From a candidate division WOR-3 bacterium (GTDB lineage Bacteria; Hydrothermota; Hydrothermia; LBFQ01): a DNA stretch of 44,522 nt. This document shows positions 9,928-18,284 of this stretch, in pieces (within the stretch, counting starts at the first letter, position 1; each line of letters begins with the position of its first letter). The stretch covers positions 1-44,522 of the forward strand of contig JALUCS010000060.1 in the NCBI GenBank assembly GCA_027050205.1, written 5' to 3'. The notes below the pieces were generated by a model, which made no database searches, had not been told where the DNA came from, and worked only from the letters and a program-made list of their open reading frames with translations. The position numbers were made by a program, and so were the translations under genes.

Positions 9928-10787
9928 TTCCCACCTCCGGCGTACTTCCTTTCAAACACCTTAACGAGCGAGTCCTCAACCTCCTTGCGCCTCTGCTCCA
10001 GAAGGTACTGATAGACCACCCCCTTTACGTCGGGTCCGAGTTTCTTGAGGCTCACCCTCTTTATATCCACGATCTTGGCGAGGGCGTAGGTACCGGGGGC
10101 AACCTGGAAGGGACCTACCACGTCTCCCACCTTGGCCTTCTTGAGGCTCTCGTACTCCTTCTCATCCATAGCAAACCTTCCGAGGCCGAGGTTCTGGTAG
10201 GGGGAGGGCTGGACGTTTATCTTACCGGCTTTAGCAAACTCCTCCAACATCAGGTTGGCGGCGTAGCTGCCGTCCTTCAGGAGCTTGCGGAGGGTATCCG
10301 TGAGGGAGGGGTCCTGATACACCACCATAAGCATGGCTATCTCCTTGGAGAACTCGTCCTTGTGGGCGTTTATGAACTCGTTCACCTTGGAGGTGTCCAG
10401 CTTTATGAGGGGGACGACGTACCTCTGGTAGAAGAGGTCGGCGTAGACACTCTTGTCGGCCCAGTAGGCCATACGGCGGGCCTGGGGGTCGGAGGTTATG
10501 CCCTTCTCCTTGGCGGCGTTGTAGAAGAGGGCGATCTTTCTTAGGGACTGGCGGAGGTCCTGCTGGGGATTCAGTCCGGGTACCTTGGAGGCTGCCTGTA
10601 GGTCCTCCTTGGCTATCACCACGTCCCCTACAACCTCAAGGGTGTCCAGTTTCACCTCCTTGGCGGATGAAGTCTCACCTCCCTCGGCCTTCCCCTTCCC
10701 CGTAAAGTACATGAGGCCAAGCGAACCTAAGAATATTCCGGTGGCCAGGGAGACGATGGCCACCACCACAACCGTCAGTCTGTTCAT
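9924..10787 (-). CDS. Membrane-anchored SurA/PrsA/PpiC-like protein with degenerate PPIase domain
   Basis: N-terminal TM helix; AKEKGI; LKKAKVGDVVGPFQV..YALAKIVD; coupled to surA. Confidence 0.65.
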   Translation of the reverse strand: MNRLTVVVVAIVSLATGIFLGSLGLMYFTGKGKAEGGETSSAKEVKLDTLEVVGDVVIAKEDLQAASKVPGLNPQQDLRQSLRKIALFYNAAKEKGITSDPQARRMAYWADKSVYADLFYQRYVVPLIKLDTSKVNEFINAHKDEFSKEIAMLMVVYQDPSLTDTLRKLLKDGSYAANLMLEEFAKAGKINVQPSPYQNLGLGRFAMDEKEYESLKKAKVGDVVGPFQVAPGTYALAKIVDIKRVSLKKLGPDVKGVVYQYLLEQRRKEVEDSLVKVFERKYAGGGK

Positions 10788-10813
10788 GGGGAGGGAGTTT
10801 AAGGGGGAAAACC

Positions 10814-11320
10814 CTACGGTACGCTCAAACGGAAGAGGCTGTCGGGTAGGGGTACGTTTACCCTGTGGTTCTTCAAGGTTATCTTAACGTAATTCTCCGC
10901 CTGAAAGGCCTCTATCCTCTCCGGTAGCAGGTCCTTCCGTAGGTACACGAGGAGGGAGTCGTACCCGACCTTCTCGCTCGTTATCTTGAGGACCGTCCTG
11001 TCCCCTTCCCTCCGCTCTTCAACGTTCAGGGCGGAGTAGTCGCCCATGAGGAGGGATTTGAGGTCGTAGGGTACGGGCTGGGAGTATATCTCTCCTTGGT
11101 ACTTCACCCAGGAGCTGTCTCCCCGTGCTACGATTATGTACTCCTCCGGGTCGGTCAGTTCCCACCGGAAGAGGTCGGGCTTCTTCAGGTAGACCTTCCC
11201 CCTATAGACGGCGACGTTTCCGAACTTCACCTCCTGTACGACGTCCGCCTCAAACGTCCTGACGGTGTCGTAGATGCGCTTTATGTCGTCTACGACGTTG
11301 AGGGTGAAGAACCACAGCAT
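10814..11320 (-). CDS. lolA: Outer-membrane lipoprotein carrier LolA family
   Basis: FEADVVQ..GKVYLKKPDLFRWE..P..IIVARG..W; C-terminal VNVPLPDSLF. Confidence 0.8.
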   Translation of the reverse strand: MLWFFTLNVVDDIKRIYDTVRTFEADVVQEVKFGNVAVYRGKVYLKKPDLFRWELTDPEEYIIVARGDSSWVKYQGEIYSQPVPYDLKSLLMGDYSALNVEERREGDRTVLKITSEKVGYDSLLVYLRKDLLPERIEAFQAENYVKITLKNHRVNVPLPDSLFRLSVP

Positions 11321-11323
11321 ACC

Positions 11324-12781
11324 TCACCTCACCACTACCCTGTAGGTCCTATCTCCCACCTTGAGGAAGTATATGCCCGTACCGAGGCGCACGTTCAGGC
11401 TTAGGCCCCGATCTACAAGGCGGCCGTCCGCGGAGTAGAGGGAGAGGTATTGCCCTTCGGAGCGGGCTACGAGTTCCTTCCCCCTCACGGTGAAGGCTAC
11501 CCCCTCCATTCTGGTGGTCTTGAGGGTGGGGGAGGGTGTGGCGAGGAGGGCGAGGTATGCGTTAACGAGGCCGTATCCGTAGAAGTAATCCTTACCGTAT
11601 TCCCCCATATCTATGGCCGTAGCGTCCAGAATCGCCCTTACGGTGTCAGCAGACAGGTTGGGGTTCTTTGAAAAGACGAGGGCGGCCACACCGGAGACGT
11701 GGGGCGTCGCCATAGATGTGCCGTCCGCGTAGGCGTAGGCGTTGGTAAAGGGTACGGTGGAGGCTATCAGGTTGCCCGGAGCCACCAGCTCCAGTTCCGG
11801 GCCGTAGTTGCTGAAGTACGCCCTCTGGCCGAGGGTGTCTATGGCCCCTACAGCCATCACCTCCGGATAGGCGGCGGGGTAGAGGACCCCGTTGAGGCCA
11901 TCGTTCCCGGAGGCGGCGACGAAGAGGGGAGGGTTGTCCGTGCTGTCCGTCGCGTAGATGACGGCGTCGTGGATCTCGGAGGCCGGGGAGGAGGAGCCGA
12001 GGCTCATGTTTATGACCTTCGCCCCTTGGGAGACGCACCACCTTATACAGGAGGCTATGTCCTCGCTCGTCCCGGAGCCTCCGGCCATCGCCCTACAGGA
12101 GAGTATCCCCACCTGGGCCACCCCGACGACGCCCCTACCGTTGTCCATAACGGCGGCTATGGTGCCGGAGACGTGGGTTCCGTGCATCTCCGAGGCGTCT
12201 GCGGGGTAGGGGTCGGAGTCCAACTCAACGAAGTCGTACCCCCCGACGTAGTTCCCGCTTAGGTCTTCGTGGTTGTAATCTACCCCCTCATCTACGACGC
12301 ACACCTTAACGGCGGAGTTCCCACGGGTTATGTCCCAGGCCCTATCAGCGTAGATAGCCCACATCCCCCACAGGTAGGTACCCATTCCGGGGTCGTTCGG
12401 CCAGTACTGGGTGCGGTATATCACCATCGGCTCGGCGAAGAGGACACCGGGGTGGGAGTTGAGGGCGTCTAATACGGCCTTGGCCCCTTCTACGCTCCGC
12501 TTCCCCTCTGGGAGCCTTACGATGTAGGAGGGGGTACCCTTGGCCTTACGGTAATCCAGACCCGACAGGACCTCCTCCGGCGAGTACCCGGCCTTCAACC
12601 TAACTACCAACCTCTTACCGTCCCAAGACTTCCAGTAGGAGGGGTCGTCCCTCCGGACGAGGTACCAGGCGTAGGGCCTCTCACCTACCCTATCCTCCCT
12701 CAAGGCAGTTAGGACCTCCCCTACGCTTCTCAAGTTAGCAACGGCCACGTCCGGCCTGAAGAAGGCCAGTTGCAGTATCAT
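11324..12781 (-). CDS. Subtilisin-family (S8) serine protease with propeptide and T9SS-like CTD
   Basis: VVDEG, HGTHVSG, ASGN, GTSMATPH catalytic motifs; C-terminus LYSADGRLV..GIYFLKV..RVVVR. Confidence 0.93.
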   Translation of the reverse strand: MILQLAFFRPDVAVANLRSVGEVLTALREDRVGERPYAWYLVRRDDPSYWKSWDGKRLVVRLKAGYSPEEVLSGLDYRKAKGTPSYIVRLPEGKRSVEGAKAVLDALNSHPGVLFAEPMVIYRTQYWPNDPGMGTYLWGMWAIYADRAWDITRGNSAVKVCVVDEGVDYNHEDLSGNYVGGYDFVELDSDPYPADASEMHGTHVSGTIAAVMDNGRGVVGVAQVGILSCRAMAGGSGTSEDIASCIRWCVSQGAKVINMSLGSSSPASEIHDAVIYATDSTDNPPLFVAASGNDGLNGVLYPAAYPEVMAVGAIDTLGQRAYFSNYGPELELVAPGNLIASTVPFTNAYAYADGTSMATPHVSGVAALVFSKNPNLSADTVRAILDATAIDMGEYGKDYFYGYGLVNAYLALLATPSPTLKTTRMEGVAFTVRGKELVARSEGQYLSLYSADGRLVDRGLSLNVRLGTGIYFLKVGDRTYRVVVR

Positions 12782-13212
12782 CTTACCCCCCTTAGGTAAG
12801 CCCTTATCCAGAACCTCTTGGTCGTTATGGTAGAGGAGTTACCGAGGACGACGTAGTAAGTTGAGGAGTCAAGGGCGACGGTGTAGGAGACCCTTGGGAC
12901 GCTCTCCCTGTAGCCGTTGAGGACGGCGGAGGAGTCGTCGGCCAGCCACCTCGCGTAGTTTATGCTGTCCGACCAGAAGGCGAAGCTTATGTCTCCGTCC
13001 CCGTCCCTGGCGCGGGCCTCAAAGAAGAGGGTATCGCCAGTCCTCGCGGAGAACTTGAGGCGGAAGTGGTACCCCGGTCCCACGTCGTAGTACCCGTGGA
13101 AGAGGTCCACGTTCGTTATCCTCCCGCTCCCACCTCTCTCCTCGTTTTCCTCTGTCTCACATCCCGCGAGTAGCAGAAAGAGGAACGAGACACCTAAAAG
13201 GAACCTCCTCAT
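12778..13212 (-). CDS. Hypothetical lipoprotein (beta-sandwich-like)
   Basis: MRR + hydrophobic core + lipobox LAGC; TAAAAT at 13222-13227 (-), 9 nt upstream. Confidence 0.75.
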   Translation of the reverse strand: MRRFLLGVSFLFLLLAGCETEENEERGGSGRITNVDLFHGYYDVGPGYHFRLKFSARTGDTLFFEARARDGDGDISFAFWSDSINYARWLADDSSAVLNGYRESVPRVSYTVALDSSTYYVVLGNSSTITTKRFWIRAYLRGVR

Positions 13213-13269
13213 CCATTGGGTATTTTAAGGTAGGCTTTAGGGCCGGATGGGGAGGAGTAAGCTTACCTC

Positions 13270-14037
13270 TCACTTCAACAACCTCATTATCATAACGATG
13301 ACACTTATTATAGTCACGGTTTGGGAGACCACAAATATAAACATCCACTTGATCATATCCGACTTTATCTTTCCCATCTGACCGTATATATCGGCGCGGA
13401 GCTTCTCTATCCTCTCTATCATCTCGGAGCGGAGTTTGCCTATCTCGTCGTGCATCTCGGAACGTAGGCCTTCAATCTGACTCGTCATCTCCGAGCGGAG
13501 TTTGCCTATCTCGTCGTGCATCTCGGAGCGTAGGCCTTCAATCTGACTCGTCATCTCCGAGCGGAGTTTGCCTATCTCGTCGTGCATCTCGGAGCGTAGG
13601 CCTTCAATCTGACTCGTCATCTCCGAGCGGAGTTTGCCTATCTCGTCGTGCATCTCGGAACGTAGACCTTCAATCTTCTCATCCACCTCGGCGCTGTGCT
13701 GGGCAAAGAGCTTGTACATCTCGGAGCGGAGGTCCTCAATCTGTCTCGTTATCTCGGCCCGCAACTTCCCTATCTCGTTCCAGACCTTGGCTATCTCCCG
13801 CTGAACCTCGGCCCGGAGTTTTCCTATCTCGTTCCAGACCTTCCCTATCTCCCGGTTCATCTCGGCTCGGAGCAGGCCGATCTCCTCGGCTAACCTCCGG
13901 GCGAACCTCTCCTCAAGAAGGCGGAAGAGGTAGTCCCTCGTCCTCTCCCTCTCCTCCTCAAGCACCTCAAACAGGGCATCTACCCCATCTTCGCCGAGCT
14001 TTTCCTTTAAAGTGTTCAAAGCAGTGATTTTACTCAT
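13270..14037 (-). CDS. Coiled-coil repeat protein with C-terminal membrane anchor (DUF1640/CCDC90-like)
   Basis: LKEKLGEDG..AL head, repetitive coiled-coil stalk, C-terminal KSDMIKWMFIF + TM helix; TATAAT at 14048-14053 (-). Confidence 0.8.
   Translation of the reverse strand: MSKITALNTLKEKLGEDGVDALFEVLEEERERTRDYLFRLLEERFARRLAEEIGLLRAEMNREIGKVWNEIGKLRAEVQREIAKVWNEIGKLRAEITRQIEDLRSEMYKLFAQHSAEVDEKIEGLRSEMHDEIGKLRSEMTSQIEGLRSEMHDEIGKLRSEMTSQIEGLRSEMHDEIGKLRSEMTSQIEGLRSEMHDEIGKLRSEMIERIEKLRADIYGQMGKIKSDMIKWMFIFVVSQTVTIISVIVMIMRLLK
13420..13676. repeat. Intragenic 66-bp tandem repeat, about 3.9 near-identical copies (22-aa unit)
   Basis: Unit catctcNgagcggagtttgcctatctcgtcgtgcatctcggaRcgtaggccttcaatctgactcgt starting at 13420, 13486, 13552 and 13618. 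Confidence 0.95.
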
Positions 14038-14232
14038 TTCAACGCCTATTATAAGGGGGAGAACGTATCTATCGGCCGTGGGATCTTACCTTCCGCCTCC
14101 GCTCGCTACAGAACCAATCAATCACATTTCATTCGTTTATTATTGGATAATTATGAAACTATTGTGCGTATTTTCCGAAGAAACGTGATCTATTAGGAAC
14201 AAAAGCAGATTTTAAGGTTACGCCGCAGACAG

Positions 14233-14262
14233 TTGTCGCAGATTAGGCAACGGCCTTATAAT
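14233..14262 (+). promoter_or_regulatory. sigma70-type promoter TTGTCG-N18-TATAAT, 9 nt before ATG 14272
   Basis: -35 at 14233-14238, -10 at 14257-14262. Confidence 0.6.
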
Positions 14263-14271
14263 AGTAGTGCT

Positions 14272-14562
14272 ATGATGCTCTGGATCTTGGGCCAGGTGGC
14301 CACACCTTACGGGCAGACGCCGGCCGACGTTAGTCGGCTCGTGGTGGTGTTCAAGGACGAGAGGATAAGACGTTGCGGTTGTATAGACCGCATAGAGAGG
14401 CGGCTCCTAACGGATCTAAGGGGTACGGTTAGGCGGGTGATATACGGTGCCGAGAAGAACGTCCTCTACCTCCTCCTGAAGCCCGACAGCCCCATAGATA
14501 CCGCTGCTGTCGGTCGCATACTGAGGGAAGAGGGGGTGAGGAGCTATGAGATACGCCGTTAG
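14272..14562 (+). CDS. Small protein resembling an HMA (heavy-metal-associated) fold with a CxC motif
   Basis: RCGCIDRIERRL..L.GTVRRV pattern parallels HMA CxxC..IE..L..GV..V; start placed after the -10 box. Confidence 0.55.
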   Translation: MMLWILGQVATPYGQTPADVSRLVVVFKDERIRRCGCIDRIERRLLTDLRGTVRRVIYGAEKNVLYLLLKPDSPIDTAAVGRILREEGVRSYEIRR

Positions 14563-16156
14563 TGCTTTCCTCCTGACGGCTTTGGTCGGGGGTCTCAACG
14601 CCCAGGTCACGTGGGCGGGATTGGCCACGTACGGTGGAAGCAGCTACGATATGATGTGGGGGATAGACTTCCGCGGGGACTCCCTCCCCGTCCTCCTCCT
14701 TTTCACCATTAGCTACTCCATAAGTGGGAGCGACGAGGACTACATCCTGATGACCCCAAGGTGGAAGAGGGTAATAGGAAACACCGGAGGGCGGGACGAC
14801 TGGGCCTACAAAGTGGCGTGGCTGAACGGTGGGAGTATAGTCGTAGGTGGGACGTGGTGCTACGATGGAGGGGCCGGTCCCGGCAGTTGCTATGCCCCCC
14901 TCTACGGTTTCCTAACCCAGCTCAACTCCTCCGGGGACTTTCTCCGAGGGAGGCACCTGGACTTCGCGAACAGCTGGGGATGCTCCGGGGAGAGCAGACG
15001 GCAGACGAGGGTCCTCTCCGTATCCCCTACCAACGACGGTGGCTTCGTCGCTGCCGGTTATATGAGCTACTGCGAGAGTACCGGGGATCAGGACGCCTTC
15101 ATAGCGAAGTTTGACTCCAACCTCAACCTCCAGTGGATCAAGCCCGTAGGTACCACCGACTACGAATTCGCCACGACGGCCTTCCAAACCACGGACGGCA
15201 ACTACGTCCTCATAGCCCCATCCTTCTACGAGATATGGATCGGCAAGTTCAACGGAAGCGGAAATCTGATCTGGCAGAAGAGGTATCCGAGGAGGTACGC
15301 CGGAGGGGGTAAGTACTTCGCTTGGGGTAAGCCCACGTCCGACGGCGGTTTCATCCTCGCCGACGAGATAGACGGCCCCGGTAGCGGCAGGGACGCCCTC
15401 TTCGCCAAGTTTGACTCCATGGGCAACTTCGTATGCGGCAGGATACTCTACACCGGAGGCGACGACGTCGGCATAGACGTGGTTGAGGGCGACAACTACT
15501 ACTGGATGACGGGCTTCTTCCGCAGCTCCGATCTCTTCATCGCTGCCTTCAACAAGTCGGACTGCCGGCTGGTGAAGTTTAGGTACCTCCTCTCCTCCGG
15601 GACGGAGAGCGGAAGGGCGATAGACTTAAGCGACAACGGTATCCCTTACGTGGCCGGGTTCACCAGCAACCCGGCGTGGTCCAGAGGAGGGTACGACGGT
15701 CTCGTCGCCGCCGACTCCGGAGGGTTGGACACGTGCTACTGGAGGTCCTACAGCATACCCAACACCTCCCTACACCTCTCGCGATCCGGTTCTTGGACGG
15801 TCTATAGTTTCCACTACTCCCCCTCCTCCTACTCGGTTTCCGTAGACCATCCTTCCATAGGGAGCAACGTCATATGCGGCCTGGCTCTCGGTTCCGACGA
15901 CACCGACCTATCTACGGAGGAGAGGTACGGCGACTGCTTCATAAACTACGGCACCTACCCCGGCGGTGTGAAGGTGCGAGTGAAGGCTCGGACGGACGTC
16001 TCCGTGGAGGTGTATTCGCCCGACGGCAGGCGGGTGGCCTACGTCTCCAAGGCGGGATTCAGCGGTGTCCTCCGCATCCCCCTGAAGCCGGGTATGTACT
16101 TCCTCCGGATCCGACACGACCTCGCCACCGTCAGAGGTAAGGTGGTGATACGCTAG
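14546..16156 (+). CDS. Secreted beta-propeller-repeat protein with T9SS-like CTD
   Basis: Canonical signal peptide (..LNA-Q); repeats T(N/S)DGGF..DAFIAKFDS..W.K; C-terminus VYSPDGRRV..PGMYFLRI..GKVVIR. Confidence 0.85.
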   Translation: MRYAVSAFLLTALVGGLNAQVTWAGLATYGGSSYDMMWGIDFRGDSLPVLLLFTISYSISGSDEDYILMTPRWKRVIGNTGGRDDWAYKVAWLNGGSIVVGGTWCYDGGAGPGSCYAPLYGFLTQLNSSGDFLRGRHLDFANSWGCSGESRRQTRVLSVSPTNDGGFVAAGYMSYCESTGDQDAFIAKFDSNLNLQWIKPVGTTDYEFATTAFQTTDGNYVLIAPSFYEIWIGKFNGSGNLIWQKRYPRRYAGGGKYFAWGKPTSDGGFILADEIDGPGSGRDALFAKFDSMGNFVCGRILYTGGDDVGIDVVEGDNYYWMTGFFRSSDLFIAAFNKSDCRLVKFRYLLSSGTESGRAIDLSDNGIPYVAGFTSNPAWSRGGYDGLVAADSGGLDTCYWRSYSIPNTSLHLSRSGSWTVYSFHYSPSSYSVSVDHPSIGSNVICGLALGSDDTDLSTEERYGDCFINYGTYPGGVKVRVKARTDVSVEVYSPDGRRVAYVSKAGFSGVLRIPLKPGMYFLRIRHDLATVRGKVVIR

Positions 16157-16216
16157 GGCTTCCTCTCCTACCAACGACCCTATCCGCCGCCCCATTCACA
16201 GGTAGAATCCCCTCCG

Positions 16217-18283
16217 ATGGAGAAACTCTTCTACCCCGACAGCATCATCGTCTTTGGAGCCTCCCCCCGGAAGGGGAACCTCGGCCGGGTGATAGTCGGG
16301 AACCTCCTGCGCTTCGGTTATCCCGGAAGGATATACATGTACTCCCCCCGCGGGGGCGTCCTCTACGGCCAGCAGATCATAAGCGACCTAAACGAGGTCC
16401 CGCCGGGCATAGACCTCGCCGTCATAATAACCCCCGCCAACACCGTCCCCCACATCCTTGAGGTCTGCGGAAAGAAGGGTATAAAGCGGGTGGTGATAGA
16501 GTCGGCTGGGTTCGGTGAGTTCGCCGAGGAGAGGAAGGTACTGGAAAGGCAGATGTTAGACATAGCCGAGGAGTACGGCATAAGGTTCGTGGGACCGAAC
16601 GGCCTCGGTATAATCAACCTTGAGAAGGGGGTAGTCCTCCCCTTCACGGCAATGTACCCGGAGACTACGAAGGCCGGGAACATCTCCATCCTCTCCCAGA
16701 GCGGGGGGATAGGACTCTCTTACATAGACCTCCTGTCCTTTGAGAACCTCGGCGTCAACAAGTTCGTGAGCCTCGGCAACAAGCTCCAGATGGACGAGAA
16801 CGACTTCCTTGAGTACCTGAACGCCGACCCCTCCACCCGAATTATTGGCATGTACCTTGAGGGGATAAAGGACGGGAGGCGGTTCATGGAGGTGGGGAGG
16901 CACGTCACCAAGCCCGTCATAATCCACAAGTCCAACACCGGAAAGTCCAGTCAGGGGATAGCGAAGTCCCACACGGCCTCCCTCGCCGTAGATGACCGGA
17001 TAGTGGACGCCGCCACCAAGCAGCTCGGCTTCGTCCGGGTGCATACCCTCCACGATATGATAAACGCCGCCAAGGCCTTCTCCCTCCCGCCCATGCGGGG
17101 GAACCGCCTCGCCATAATCTCCAGGTCCGGGGGACACGCCGTCGTGGCGGCCGACGCCGTGGACGAGTACGGCTTTGAGCTGGTACCCTTCTCTGACCGC
17201 TTCCTGAAGGAGGTGCGGAAGCACTTCCGGGCCAACGTCATAAACCCCACCAACCCCCTTGACCTCGGGGATATGTTTGACTTCAACCTCTACGTCGCCG
17301 TCATAGAGCAGGCCCTGAAGGAGACCCAGTTGGACGGCCTCGTCTTCCTCCACGTCTACTCCCCCAACCAGGCCGACATCTCCCGCCCCCTCATCCCCAA
17401 GATAAAGGCTCTCTCCGAGAAGTACGACAAGCCCATAGCCGTGGTCATCTTCAGCACGCAGGAGGAGGTGGCCACCGTCAAGAAGATGTACGACTTTCCC
17501 CTCTTTGACGAGCCGGGGGACGCCCTGAAGGCCCTCGCCGTGAGCAGGGACTACTACATCTACAAGCCCCGCTTCATGGACACCCACAACCCGGCCGTCA
17601 TAGACACCGAAAAGGTGGCCGAACTCCTTGAGGGCAAGGAGAGGCTGGACCTGGTGGACGCCCTTAAGTTGGTGGAGGCCATAGGGATAAAGGTCGCCCC
17701 CTACCGCTTCGTACCCGTCGGTGAGGACCCCCTGAAGTACGCCTCCGACCTCAACTACCCTCTGGCCGTTAAGATAGTGGCCGACGAGGGCATACACAAG
17801 ACGGACGTCGGAGGGGTGGCCCTCAACGTAAAGGATGAGGAGATGCTCCTGAAGCGCGTAAGGGATATGGAGGAGAGCGCCAAGGCTCACGGAATAGACT
17901 TCAAGGGCTTCCTGCTTCAGGAGATGGTGAGGAGCCGGAGGGAGCTGATAGTGGGGGCTAAGATGGACGATCTCTTCGGCCACGTCGTCCTCTTCGGTCT
18001 CGGTGGCATAATGGTGGAGGTCTTCAAGGACGTCTCCCTTGGGGTGGTACCCTTCGGTGAGCCGTGGGCGGAGCATATGATAAGGAGCATAAAGGGGTAC
18101 AACGTCCTTCAGGCCTTCAGAGACGAGCCGAGGGCCGACATACCCGCCATAAAGGACGCCATCCTGAAGGTGGCGAAGCTGGTTCAGAAGTTCCCGCAGA
18201 TAAAGGAGCTGGACATAAACCCCCTCTTCGCCCTACCGGAGGGTAAGGGGGTCGTGGCCGTGGATGCGAGGGTGGTGATTTAG
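16217..18283 (+). CDS. ADP-forming acetate/acyl-CoA synthetase (fused alpha-beta)
   Basis: CoA-binding GAS..G, GPNGLG, SQSGG, KSHTASLA (phospho-His), NPLDL, ATP-grasp HKTDVGGV, LDINPL; no GNAT domain; TAGAAT at 16203-16208. Confidence 0.9.
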   Translation: MEKLFYPDSIIVFGASPRKGNLGRVIVGNLLRFGYPGRIYMYSPRGGVLYGQQIISDLNEVPPGIDLAVIITPANTVPHILEVCGKKGIKRVVIESAGFGEFAEERKVLERQMLDIAEEYGIRFVGPNGLGIINLEKGVVLPFTAMYPETTKAGNISILSQSGGIGLSYIDLLSFENLGVNKFVSLGNKLQMDENDFLEYLNADPSTRIIGMYLEGIKDGRRFMEVGRHVTKPVIIHKSNTGKSSQGIAKSHTASLAVDDRIVDAATKQLGFVRVHTLHDMINAAKAFSLPPMRGNRLAIISRSGGHAVVAADAVDEYGFELVPFSDRFLKEVRKHFRANVINPTNPLDLGDMFDFNLYVAVIEQALKETQLDGLVFLHVYSPNQADISRPLIPKIKALSEKYDKPIAVVIFSTQEEVATVKKMYDFPLFDEPGDALKALAVSRDYYIYKPRFMDTHNPAVIDTEKVAELLEGKERLDLVDALKLVEAIGIKVAPYRFVPVGEDPLKYASDLNYPLAVKIVADEGIHKTDVGGVALNVKDEEMLLKRVRDMEESAKAHGIDFKGFLLQEMVRSRRELIVGAKMDDLFGHVVLFGLGGIMVEVFKDVSLGVVPFGEPWAEHMIRSIKGYNVLQAFRDEPRADIPAIKDAILKVAKLVQKFPQIKELDINPLFALPEGKGVVAVDARVVI

Positions 18284-18284
18284 A

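Noticed and set aside
13420..13676. Repeat array as a possible CRISPR
   Set aside because: Contiguous 66-bp units with no unique spacers, in frame inside a CDS; no cas genes
14039..14072. Short exact matches to the 36.5-38 kb spacer (TCAACGCCTATT at 36688; AACGTATCTAT near 37374)
   Set aside because: Isolated 11-12-mers without extended flanking similarity; compatible with chance
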